Assembly (NCBI GenBank): GCA_030647115.1
Contig: JAUSJZ010000010.1
Span: 4,540-68,539 of the forward strand
DNA length: 64,000 bases
Direction: 5' to 3'
Origin: a bacterium
GTDB taxonomy: Bacteria > Patescibacteriota > UBA1384 > CAILIB01 > JAUSJZ01
Part shown: positions 53,183-61,657 of the stretch, in pieces
How positions within the stretch are numbered: the first letter of the stretch is position 1
Layout of the letters: each line of letters begins with the position of its first letter
Program-made: the position numbers and the translations under genes
The notes under the pieces: generated by a model
Seen by the model: only the letters and a program-made list of their open reading frames with translations
Database searches by the model: none
Told to the model about the DNA's origin: nothing

Positions 53183-54455
53183 AACACTCATCACTATATT
53201 CAGAATTCCTGAATTAAGGAAAAGAATCTTGATAGTAGTGGGTTTGCTGGCCCTCACCAGAGTCGTTTCAGTTGTGCCATTACCTGGTGTTAGCGGCCAA
53301 CAGCTAGCCAATTTCTTTCAAGCCAATCAGGCTCTAAATCTACTCAACCTCTTTACCGGAGGCGGTCTGATGAATATCTCCATCGCTCTAATGGGAGTCG
53401 GACCATACATCACCGCTTCAATCATCTTCCAGCTACTGGGGTATATTATTCCTTCCTTAGAAAGTTTACAGAAGGAAGGTGAGATCGGCCGCCAGAAGAT
53501 TAATCAATACACCAGATTGGCCGCCGTGCCGCTGGCAATTATCCAATCTTTTGGTACCCTGACCCTGCTCCGAAATTCCGGAGTGATAGATAGCTGGAAT
53601 GCCTCATCTCTGTTATTAATGCTCACCGTTTCCACCGCTGGCACCCTCTTTTTAATGTGGATTGGTGAACTTATTTCAGAATACGGTATTGGTAACGGCA
53701 TGTCCCTCATCATCACCATTGGTATCATTGCCGGCTTTGAGAACTCATTTGCCCAAACTACCAGAAACGTTACCGCTGGAGGAACTTCTTCACTCAACCT
53801 AATCGTGTTTTTGGCCGTAGCTTTAATCACCCTGGCAGTAGTAGTCATGGTAACCGAAGGGGTCCGTAATATACCCATTACTTACGCCAGGAGTACCAGA
53901 GGCCGGGGTATGCTGGGCCGAGTAAACTCCACCCTACCGGTCAAGATTAATAGTGCCGGTGTCATACCAATTATCTTCGCCATCTCCTTAATACTGATAC
54001 CCTCAATCGCCGGCCAATTTTTTCAAAAAAGTGCCACTCTGTGGATAGCCCATACGGCTCAATTTCTCGTAACCGTTTTTGACCAACGTCACTGGTTTTA
54101 CTCACTGGCTTATTTTGTCTTGGTCTTTGCCTTCTCTTATTTCTACACCTTTATCATCATTAAGCCAGAAGAGATGGCGGAGAATCTGCAACGCCAAGGA
54201 GGTTTTGTCCCCGGTATTAGACCCGGTAACGATACGGCCTACTTTATTTATAATGTGGTTAATCGTCTGACCTTTCCAGGGGCCCTCTTTCTGGGTATTA
54301 TCGCCATCATGCCGATTGCCATCCAAAACATGACGAAAATACAGACAATATCGCTCGGCGGCACCAGTATTCTAATCGTTGTTAGCGTGGTTTTAGATAC
54401 GATACGACAGATTGAAACTCAAATTGCGGCCAGAACCTACGAACATATGGCATGA
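53169..54455 (+). CDS. secY: preprotein translocase subunit SecY
   Basis: [44 protein letters not shown]. Confidence 0.99.
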   Translation: MKPLKTLITIFRIPELRKRILIVVGLLALTRVVSVVPLPGVSGQQLANFFQANQALNLLNLFTGGGLMNISIALMGVGPYITASIIFQLLGYIIPSLESLQKEGEIGRQKINQYTRLAAVPLAIIQSFGTLTLLRNSGVIDSWNASSLLLMLTVSTAGTLFLMWIGELISEYGIGNGMSLIITIGIIAGFENSFAQTTRNVTAGGTSSLNLIVFLAVALITLAVVVMVTEGVRNIPITYARSTRGRGMLGRVNSTLPVKINSAGVIPIIFAISLILIPSIAGQFFQKSATLWIAHTAQFLVTVFDQRHWFYSLAYFVLVFAFSYFYTFIIIKPEEMAENLQRQGGFVPGIRPGNDTAYFIYNVVNRLTFPGALFLGIIAIMPIAIQNMTKIQTISLGGTSILIVVSVVLDTIRQIETQIAARTYEHMA

Positions 54456-55105
54456 GAGCCTGTTCTACACTAGTTTTAATATCAATTATCATTATTTACG
54501 CCTATAGACTCGGCTACAACCGGGCGGCCGACAGTTTGAATATTGACGCTAATACTACCACTACCACAGTCTCCACCGGTGCCACCACAACACCGACCGA
54601 GACGGAAATTGTCGCCCAGGCGGAAACACTGACCGACGGCGCCGCTACGGTCACCCATAATGTTACCGACGGGGAGACCTTATTTCTGATCGGGTTGAAA
54701 TATGATGTGCTTTGGACAACCATCGCCAGCGCTAACGCAATCACCGAAAACACACCGTTAAAAACCGGTATGAAATTGATAATTCCACTTAATAAGAACG
54801 GCCAGGTTACCAAGACCGAAACCTTGAATATATCTGCTGATGACGGTCAGAAAACTCAAACTGTCGTTAACCACGGTGAACAGACCTGGCGAAAGGATGT
54901 CTTAGAAGTTGTACGGCGAACAATGCCAGTAGACTATCATTTAATTAACGATGACCCGTTGTCTATGACCGCCCAAGACAAGAGTGCCGGTACGGCTACG
55001 GTTGAGGTGCAACACGGAACACAAAAGTTTATAGTTGAACTAATACAACCCCAAGACAAGGGTGACAATGGTATCTGGTACATCGCTAAAATAAGTAATC
55101 TCTAA
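54452..55105 (+). CDS. membrane-anchored LysM-domain protein
   Basis: N-terminal TM, Thr-rich linker, HNVTDGETLFLIG..IASANAI..LKTGMKLIIP. Confidence 0.85.
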   Translation: MRACSTLVLISIIIIYAYRLGYNRAADSLNIDANTTTTTVSTGATTTPTETEIVAQAETLTDGAATVTHNVTDGETLFLIGLKYDVLWTTIASANAITENTPLKTGMKLIIPLNKNGQVTKTETLNISADDGQKTQTVVNHGEQTWRKDVLEVVRRTMPVDYHLINDDPLSMTAQDKSAGTATVEVQHGTQKFIVELIQPQDKGDNGIWYIAKISNL

Positions 55106-55761
55106 TGAAACGCTTTACTTTTTTGTTTGTGGGGCCACCTGGTAGTGGCAAAGGCACTCAAGCCGAGGCGGTTGCAGACAGCCTGGGGCTGCCACACGTC
55201 GATGTGGGCGCTCTGTTGCGAGAATTAGCCGATTTAGACAACAATACCGGACGGTTGATTAAGTCTTTAATGATAGCCGGTAAAACCGTACCAGAAGAGG
55301 TTGTTTTAGAGGAACTGCTGGTTCATTTAAAGATGCTTGATTTATCTAAGGGCCTAGTCTTAGACGGTTACTGTCGCACTCAAAAACAGGCTAAGGACCT
55401 GCTAAACTTACAGACCCAAGGGGTCATCCCACCCATTGTTGTCATCTCCATTAAGGTTGACGATAATTTATTGCAAGAACGCATCACCACCCGGAAATAC
55501 TGTGAGTTACGAAACGGCGAGAAAAAGAATATTGACAATAGTTTTAGTGTCATCGACTGCCAGCAGCAAGGGGGACACATCAGCAAACGGGCCGACGATA
55601 ATCTGACAACCTTTCACGAACGACTAAAGTTGTACCACGAGCAGACAGAACCGGCGATCGCCGACTTAAAAGAGACTTCGAAAGGCCTAATTATGGTTGA
55701 CGGTACGCCGCCAATTAAGTCGGTTGAGGCAACCATTGCTCAACAGATACAACATTTGTAA
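55105..55761 (+). CDS. adk: adenylate kinase
   Basis: GPPGSGKGTQA, LDGYCR, RADD. Confidence 0.93.
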   Translation: MKRFTFLFVGPPGSGKGTQAEAVADSLGLPHVDVGALLRELADLDNNTGRLIKSLMIAGKTVPEEVVLEELLVHLKMLDLSKGLVLDGYCRTQKQAKDLLNLQTQGVIPPIVVISIKVDDNLLQERITTRKYCELRNGEKKNIDNSFSVIDCQQQGGHISKRADDNLTTFHERLKLYHEQTEPAIADLKETSKGLIMVDGTPPIKSVEATIAQQIQHL

Positions 55762-56537
55762 TGGCTTTAATAAAGACGCCAACCCAGTTAAACCTTATCA
55801 GACAGGCCGGGCAGAAATTGGCCCGGGTTTTGGTGGACATTAAGACTAGTGTCAAGCCCGGTGTCACGACCTTGGCCCTTGACCAACAGATAGGCAATCT
55901 CATTAGTAAAGAGAGGGCCACTCCGTCATTTTTGCACTATGAAGGTTACCCCTACACTACGTGTATTTCAGTCAACGAACAGGTTATCCACGCTTTTCCC
56001 AGTACCTACCAGCTAAAAGAGGGGGACATCGTCACTATCGATGTTGGTCTCTGGTATAAGAGAGTCTGCGTCGACGCTGCCCGCACCTATGCCGCTGGCG
56101 CGATATCAGATACCAACCGGACACTATTAACAACTACCCAGAAAGCCTTACAGGCTGGTATTGCTCAAGCGCAGGTGGGCCAGAGAATAGGTGCCGTTAG
56201 TAGTGCCATACAAGCAGTAGCTCAAGCCAATAAGCTGGGCATCGTCCGTTCATACACGGGCCATGGCGTCGGAACTGCCGTGCATGAGGATCCTTCAGTA
56301 CCCAACATTGGGGTAAAAACAGACGGGCCACAGATCAGAGCCGGTATGGTACTGGCTATAGAACCCATGTTTACCCTCGGTTCGGGTGACGTTTACACTG
56401 AAAATGACGGTTGGACCGTAGTAACGGTTGATAAGAGTTGGGCGGCTCAATTTGAGGACACGGTTATTGTGACGCCTCAAGGACCAGAAATAGTTACCAG
56501 ATTATTGCATAAAGTAAAAAAGTCTGATATTGTTTAA
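55761..56537 (+). CDS. map: type I methionine aminopeptidase
   Basis: CISVNE..IH, DVG, DAART, GHGVG, HEDP, AIEPM. Confidence 0.98.
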   Translation: MALIKTPTQLNLIRQAGQKLARVLVDIKTSVKPGVTTLALDQQIGNLISKERATPSFLHYEGYPYTTCISVNEQVIHAFPSTYQLKEGDIVTIDVGLWYKRVCVDAARTYAAGAISDTNRTLLTTTQKALQAGIAQAQVGQRIGAVSSAIQAVAQANKLGIVRSYTGHGVGTAVHEDPSVPNIGVKTDGPQIRAGMVLAIEPMFTLGSGDVYTENDGWTVVTVDKSWAAQFEDTVIVTPQGPEIVTRLLHKVKKSDIV

Positions 56538-56563
56538 GGGGTCTTCACCCATATTTGTTTTTA

Positions 56564-56860
56564 ATGTCCAAATCTGAAATACAATTTAACGGAGAAGTAA
56601 TAGAGGTTAAACCCAACACTACCTTCGATGTAGAACTAGAGAACGGCAGCATTATCTTAGCCAGGTTGGCCGGTAAACTGCGAGTCCACTACATCCGCAT
56701 TACCGAAGGAGACTGGGTTACAGTCGAGATGTCTCCTTATGATTTAACGAAGGGCAGAATTGTACGACGTTTAGATGAATATGAAAGTAAAAGACTATCA
56801 AGAGAGAAACAAAGTCATCAAACATTAGACGTAGATAATGAAAGTCCGAGCATCAGTTAA
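56564..56860 (+). CDS. infA: translation initiation factor IF-1 with C-terminal extension
   Basis: [28 protein letters not shown]; ATG 56564. Confidence 0.96.
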   Translation: MSKSEIQFNGEVIEVKPNTTFDVELENGSIILARLAGKLRVHYIRITEGDWVTVEMSPYDLTKGRIVRRLDEYESKRLSREKQSHQTLDVDNESPSIS

Positions 56861-56954
56861 AAAAATGTGTATCAGTTGCCAAATAGTTCGCCGCGAGGGT
56901 GTCGTGCGGGTGATTTGTAAAAAAAATAAAAAACATAAACAACGTCAAGGCTAA
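56838..56954 (+). CDS. rpmJ: 50S ribosomal protein L36 (zinc ribbon type)
   Basis: Manual translation [38 protein letters not shown]. Confidence 0.98.
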   Translation: MKVRASVKKMCISCQIVRREGVVRVICKKNKKHKQRQG

Positions 56955-56956
56955 TT

Positions 56957-57337
56957 ATGCGTATCGCTGGTGTAAATATTGTTGATTCGGCCCAAGTGCA
57001 GAGCGGTTTAACAGCCGTTTACGGTATTGGTCGTAGTTTGAGCGAACAGATATGCCGTGAGTTGAATATTGACCCGTATAAAAAAGTCTCTGCTCTGACC
57101 GAGAGCGAAGATCAACTGCTTCGAGCGAAACTCGAAACTCTGAAGATCGAAGGTGACTTACGCTCCAGTATCCAACAGTACATCAAGCACCAGACCACTA
57201 TGAATAGCTATCGCGGTATCAGACATGCTAAAAAATTGCCGGTTCGCGGTCAGCGGACCAAGACCAATGCCCGTACTAAGCGTGGTAAAAAAATAACCGT
57301 CGGCAGCGGTCGTAAACCAACTGCCCAAAAGACCTAA
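56957..57337 (+). CDS. rpsM: 30S ribosomal protein S13
   Basis: RIAGVNI, LPVRGQRTKTNAR. Confidence 0.99.
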   Translation: MRIAGVNIVDSAQVQSGLTAVYGIGRSLSEQICRELNIDPYKKVSALTESEDQLLRAKLETLKIEGDLRSSIQQYIKHQTTMNSYRGIRHAKKLPVRGQRTKTNARTKRGKKITVGSGRKPTAQKT

Positions 57338-57339
57338 CC

Positions 57340-57717
57340 ATGGCCAAAGCAACCAAAACAAAAAAGAAATCAATTGGCCTGGGCGTTTTATACGTCAATG
57401 CTAGCTTTAATAACACCATGCTAACCCTCACCGATAAAGAAGGTGACACCTTGGCCTGGTCTAGTAGTGGTAAAGAAGGTTTCTCGGGTTCTAAAAAATC
57501 AACTCCTTTTGCGGCTGCTCAAGTTACTAAAACCATTATTGAAGCCATGAAAAAGATGGGTATAACTCAATTAGAGATCATCGCCAGTGGCGTCGGCAAC
57601 GGTCGTGACTCTGCTTTGCGTATGGTATCTTCTTCCGGAGCCGATATTATTAGCATCGCCGACCGCACACCGATGCCTCACAACGGTTGCCGTCCCCGTA
57701 AAAGTAGAAGGGCTTAA
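57340..57717 (+). CDS. rpsK: 30S ribosomal protein S11
   Basis: ASFNNT, STPFAA, PHNGCRP. Confidence 0.99.
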   Translation: MAKATKTKKKSIGLGVLYVNASFNNTMLTLTDKEGDTLAWSSSGKEGFSGSKKSTPFAAAQVTKTIIEAMKKMGITQLEIIASGVGNGRDSALRMVSSSGADIISIADRTPMPHNGCRPRKSRRA

Positions 57718-58311
57718 ATGGCTAGAAATATAAACTCCTGCAAACAGTGCCGCCGGGCCGGTGAAAAACTATTCCTGAAAGGGGAACGCTGTTTGGGTCC
57801 AAAATGTGCCTTCACGAGACGCTCCTTTGCCCCCGGTATGCACGGTAATGCTCGTCAACGTCGATTATCAGATTATGGTGTCCAGTTGAGAGCCAAACAG
57901 AAAGCCAAACTGATTTATGGCTTACTAGAGAAACAATTCAGACGCTATATCGGTTTAGCCCAGAAGGCTGATAATACGGGGTTTGCCCTGTTGAGGTTAT
58001 TGGAGACCAGACTTGATAATATTGTCTATCGCACCGGTATGGCCTCTTCACACGCTGAAGCGCGACAGCTAGTCACCCACGGTCATGTAAAGGTAAATGG
58101 CGTAAAAAGCAGTATACCCAGCTATCAATGCCGTGCGGGTGATAAGATAGAGTTAGAGAAGGGACACGAGGTAAAAGAGAAACCAACTTCAGAGATGCCT
58201 GGTTGGTTGACATCTGACGGCAAAACAGCTACTGTTGGTGAGTTAAGCAGTCGTGATCAGATAGATACCAACCTTAATGAACAACTTATAATAGAATTTT
58301 ATACACGCTAA
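57718..58311 (+). CDS. rpsD: 30S ribosomal protein S4
   Basis: CKQCRR..KC, LETRLDNIVYR, ARQLVTHGH. Confidence 0.99.
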   Translation: MARNINSCKQCRRAGEKLFLKGERCLGPKCAFTRRSFAPGMHGNARQRRLSDYGVQLRAKQKAKLIYGLLEKQFRRYIGLAQKADNTGFALLRLLETRLDNIVYRTGMASSHAEARQLVTHGHVKVNGVKSSIPSYQCRAGDKIELEKGHEVKEKPTSEMPGWLTSDGKTATVGELSSRDQIDTNLNEQLIIEFYTR

Positions 58312-58312
58312 T

Positions 58313-59239
58313 ATGTTTGACCACGAAATTTTTGTCAAGATGACCGAAGAGTCCGCTAAAGAGGCCACTTTTGAGATTGAGCCCCTAACGGCCGGATTTG
58401 GTCACACTATCGGTAACTCGCTCCGCCGAGTCTTATTGTCTTCGTTAGAAGGTGCAGCGGTTGATACTGTTAAGATCGAAGGGGCCGACCACGAATTCAC
58501 CACCATTCCCGGTGTGCGTGAAGATATTGTGGAAATTATTTTGAACTTAAAACAGCTCCGTTTTGACCTCAAAACAGATGAGGCAACCTTACTGCTCGAA
58601 AAATCTACTAAAGGTCCGGTGACCAGCAAAGATTTTAAACCCAACGCCGATTGTGCTCCCACTAGTTTAGATCAGCCGATCGCTAATATAAATGGCAGCG
58701 GCAAACTACAGCTGGAAATTGTAGTAAAAAAAGGCCGGGGTTATGTCACCGTGGAACAGAAAGACACCAAATCTAACCCGGTCGGTGTCATCAGTATCGA
58801 TAGCACTTATTCACCGGTGGTGGCCACTTCTTACGAGGTAGTGCACACCCGTGTCGGTCAAGAGACCAACCTCGATAAAATTGTCTTGCACCTAGAGACT
58901 GACGGCTCCGTCTCTCCTAAAGAGGCTCTAGCCGAATGCTCACAGGTACTAGTAGATCACTTTGTCAGAATTGGTGGCTTGCCCGAACAGCAGATTGAAC
59001 CCATCACTACCACTGCTAAAACAGAAACTGCAACCGCATCTACCGAGCCCTTAACACCAAAGATGAAAATTGAAGAAGCCGGCTTTTCGTCTCGAACCAC
59101 CAATGCGTTATTGACAGGCGGTTACAAAACCGTCAGTGGGCTATTGCGCTTGAGTGAAATTAAACTAGAGAGCATTAAAGGTTTAGGCGCGAAGGGACTG
59201 GCTGAAGTTAAAGAGGCCCTTGCCAGAGTAGATTTGTAA
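58313..59239 (+). CDS. rpoA: RNA polymerase subunit alpha
   Basis: GFGHTIGNSLRRVLLSS, GRGYV, RVGQ, CTD RTTNAL..GLG.K. Confidence 0.99.
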   Translation: MFDHEIFVKMTEESAKEATFEIEPLTAGFGHTIGNSLRRVLLSSLEGAAVDTVKIEGADHEFTTIPGVREDIVEIILNLKQLRFDLKTDEATLLLEKSTKGPVTSKDFKPNADCAPTSLDQPIANINGSGKLQLEIVVKKGRGYVTVEQKDTKSNPVGVISIDSTYSPVVATSYEVVHTRVGQETNLDKIVLHLETDGSVSPKEALAECSQVLVDHFVRIGGLPEQQIEPITTTAKTETATASTEPLTPKMKIEEAGFSSRTTNALLTGGYKTVSGLLRLSEIKLESIKGLGAKGLAEVKEALARVDL

Positions 59240-59241
59240 TC

Positions 59242-59601
59242 ATGGCCAAACAGTTCAAACTATCCCGCAAGAAAGCTAATCGCGACGCTTTAATTAGCAA
59301 TCTGGTATCTAGTTTGATTGTGAATGGTCAAATTATGACAACTGAAAAGAGAGCCAAGGCGACCAAGCCGGTGGCCGAAAGAATACTCACCAAGGCACAA
59401 CAACCAACATTAGCCAACCAGCGTCTGATAAGATCATCAATAAACACGTTGGCAGCCGATTATTTGTTAAAAACACTCAGTCAAAAACTGCCTAAAAAAA
59501 ATGGCGGCCTGGTGCGTCTAGTGAAAGTCGTCGCCAGAAAAGGTGATGCCGCCGATAGAGCCAGTTTAATAATTACCACAAATGGAAAAGCGTTGGGTTA
59601 A
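59242..59601 (+). CDS. rplQ: 50S ribosomal protein L17
   Basis: LSR...RDAL, I.TTEKRAK, GG.VRL.K...RKGDAA. Confidence 0.95.
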   Translation: MAKQFKLSRKKANRDALISNLVSSLIVNGQIMTTEKRAKATKPVAERILTKAQQPTLANQRLIRSSINTLAADYLLKTLSQKLPKKNGGLVRLVKVVARKGDAADRASLIITTNGKALG

Positions 59602-59956
59602 GATATCTGCCAAAGAGCAAAAGTTGGGTCGACTAGCTACCAAGGTGGCCGGTCTATTGATCGGTAAAGATTTACCGAACTTTCAGTCTAATCAAGGAGC
59701 GCTCACCCACGTGGTAGTCGTAGATTGTCGTGATATTGTCATTACAACCAGACGATTGACCGAAAATGTCTACCACCACACTGGTTATATTGGAAACCTA
59801 AAAACAACCACTCGAGCTGAAATGTCACCTACTGAAGTGGTCAGAAAAGCCATCTCTGGTATGTTACCCAAAAACAAAACCCGCCGGTCATTAATGCAGC
59901 ACCTGCACTGTCAATTAGAACACGATCATCCTTTTAAACAATATCTTAATGAATAA
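59582..59956 (+). CDS. rplM: 50S ribosomal protein L13 (short)
   Basis: LGRLATKVA..L.GK, HHTGYIG, GMLPKN. Confidence 0.96.
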   Translation: MEKRWVKISAKEQKLGRLATKVAGLLIGKDLPNFQSNQGALTHVVVVDCRDIVITTRRLTENVYHHTGYIGNLKTTTRAEMSPTEVVRKAISGMLPKNKTRRSLMQHLHCQLEHDHPFKQYLNE

Positions 59957-60323
59957 GAGTACGACTCTAAGAGGTACCGGTAGAAGAAAATCGGCCGTGG
60001 CCCGGTCGATGTTCACCGCCGGTAAAGGCCTGGTAACTATTAATGGGCGCGAGGCTGAATTACCGGCCAATGCCGCCGCCCCACTTATTTTAGTCGGTAA
60101 AAGAGATGCTTTTGACATCAGTATCAAGGTTTCAGGAGGTGGTCTAACCGGTCAGGAAGGGGCGATGAGACATAGTATTGCCAACGCCCTGGTAGATTTT
60201 GACGCTGATCTTAGACCGACTTTGCGTAAGGCCGGCTATTTAACACGCGATGACAGAAGCAAGGAGCGCAAGAAATACGGTTTGAAAAAAGCCCGCCGCG
60301 CTCCCCAGTGGTCTAAACGATAG
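59949..60323 (+). CDS. rpsI: 30S ribosomal protein S9
   Basis: GTGRRK, GGGLTGQ, ERKKYGLKKARRAPQWSKR. Confidence 0.99.
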   Translation: MNKSTTLRGTGRRKSAVARSMFTAGKGLVTINGREAELPANAAAPLILVGKRDAFDISIKVSGGGLTGQEGAMRHSIANALVDFDADLRPTLRKAGYLTRDDRSKERKKYGLKKARRAPQWSKR

Positions 60324-60327
60324 CCTG

Positions 60328-60702
60328 ATGCGACGTGTCATCCCACTGACACTTGCCGGTATCGTCACCTTCTCTCTTTTACTCTGGAATATTCTGACTA
60401 CCAGCCCCATTGGGCACCCCCAGTTGAGCATTTTATTACCCTCTGTTCTCGGTCTAACCCTATTTTCATGGTTGATGTTTATTCGTCTATCTTTCGCCCG
60501 TAATAATAACGGCCAATCGACCCTCAAAACACTGATCAGACAGAATTTACTGATTGCAATCTTAAGTGGCAGTCTGCTCTATCTACAAGGCCTACGCGTG
60601 TTAACCCTCATAGATGCTATATTGTTAATAGCCGCCACTGTATTATTAGAATTATTTTTTATGTCGGAAAAGACCGATGTTCGAACACCGAAAGATGACT
60701 GA
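60328..60702 (+). CDS. hypothetical membrane protein (about 4 TM)
   Basis: Four hydrophobic stretches; tightly packed between rpsI and pheS. Confidence 0.75.
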   Translation: MRRVIPLTLAGIVTFSLLLWNILTTSPIGHPQLSILLPSVLGLTLFSWLMFIRLSFARNNNGQSTLKTLIRQNLLIAILSGSLLYLQGLRVLTLIDAILLIAATVLLELFFMSEKTDVRTPKDD

Positions 60703-61657
60703 ATTAAAAGCCACTATTAACCGCTTATTAGCCTCTTCCAAGCTTAGCCCGAGTGAAAAGTTGCACCAGATACTGGGTAGAAAGGGTATTTTAAAGGCTG
60801 CCTACGATGAATTGCCTGGGCTGAAGCAGGCAGAGCGAATTGAGCGGGGCCGGCTCTTGAATCGGTTGAAGCATAAAGTTCAGCAGCAACTTGAAGACAA
60901 TGACCTATCAACCGCTGATCCGGGCTTCGATTTAAGTCTGCCACCATTAGACCTACCCATTGGTACCATGCACCCGATCAACCAAACGATGGATCGGATG
61001 GTAGATATTTTTATGCGGTTGGGTTTTGAAATATTTACCGGACCGGAAATTGTATCGGACGAGAATAACTTCGGTCTGCTAAATTTCCCCGCTGACCACC
61101 CGGCCCGCGACACCCAAGATAGTTTCAGTTTGGTTAATAGCAAACTGATGCTGCGCACCCAAACGTCAGCCGTCCAAATACCAATTATGAAGAATCATGA
61201 CCTACCAATGCGTATCATTGTGCCAGGTAAGGCTTTTCGGCGCGAAGTTAATGCCACTCACATGCCCATGTTCCATCAATTGGAAGGGTTCATTGTCGAT
61301 GAACAGGTGCGCTTCACCGATTTAAAGGGTGTCTTGAGTGAATTTATGAAACAATTTTTCGGTCAGGAGTTAAAAATGCGTTTTCGAACACACTACTTTC
61401 CTTTCACCGAACCCAGTGCCGAAGTAGACATCTGGTGGCAGAGAGAGAGTGGCACCGGTCGATGGTTAGAAGTTTTGGGCTGTGGTATGATACACCCCCA
61501 GGTTTTAGAGAATGCCGGTATTAACAGCAAGAAATTTCAGGGTATTGCTTTTGGTCTCGGTTTAGAGAGACCCTTCATGTTAAGACATAAGGTCGATGAC
61601 ATGCGACTTTTATATGATAATGACGAATCATTTCTCAAATCATTCTTTCAACTATGA
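60695..61657 (+). CDS. pheS: phenylalanine--tRNA ligase alpha subunit
   Basis: HPARDTQD, LRTQTS, FHQLEG, YFPFTEPS, GCGMIHP, AFGLGLER; start at 60695 or 60677. Confidence 0.98.
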   Translation: MTELKATINRLLASSKLSPSEKLHQILGRKGILKAAYDELPGLKQAERIERGRLLNRLKHKVQQQLEDNDLSTADPGFDLSLPPLDLPIGTMHPINQTMDRMVDIFMRLGFEIFTGPEIVSDENNFGLLNFPADHPARDTQDSFSLVNSKLMLRTQTSAVQIPIMKNHDLPMRIIVPGKAFRREVNATHMPMFHQLEGFIVDEQVRFTDLKGVLSEFMKQFFGQELKMRFRTHYFPFTEPSAEVDIWWQRESGTGRWLEVLGCGMIHPQVLENAGINSKKFQGIAFGLGLERPFMLRHKVDDMRLLYDNDESFLKSFFQL

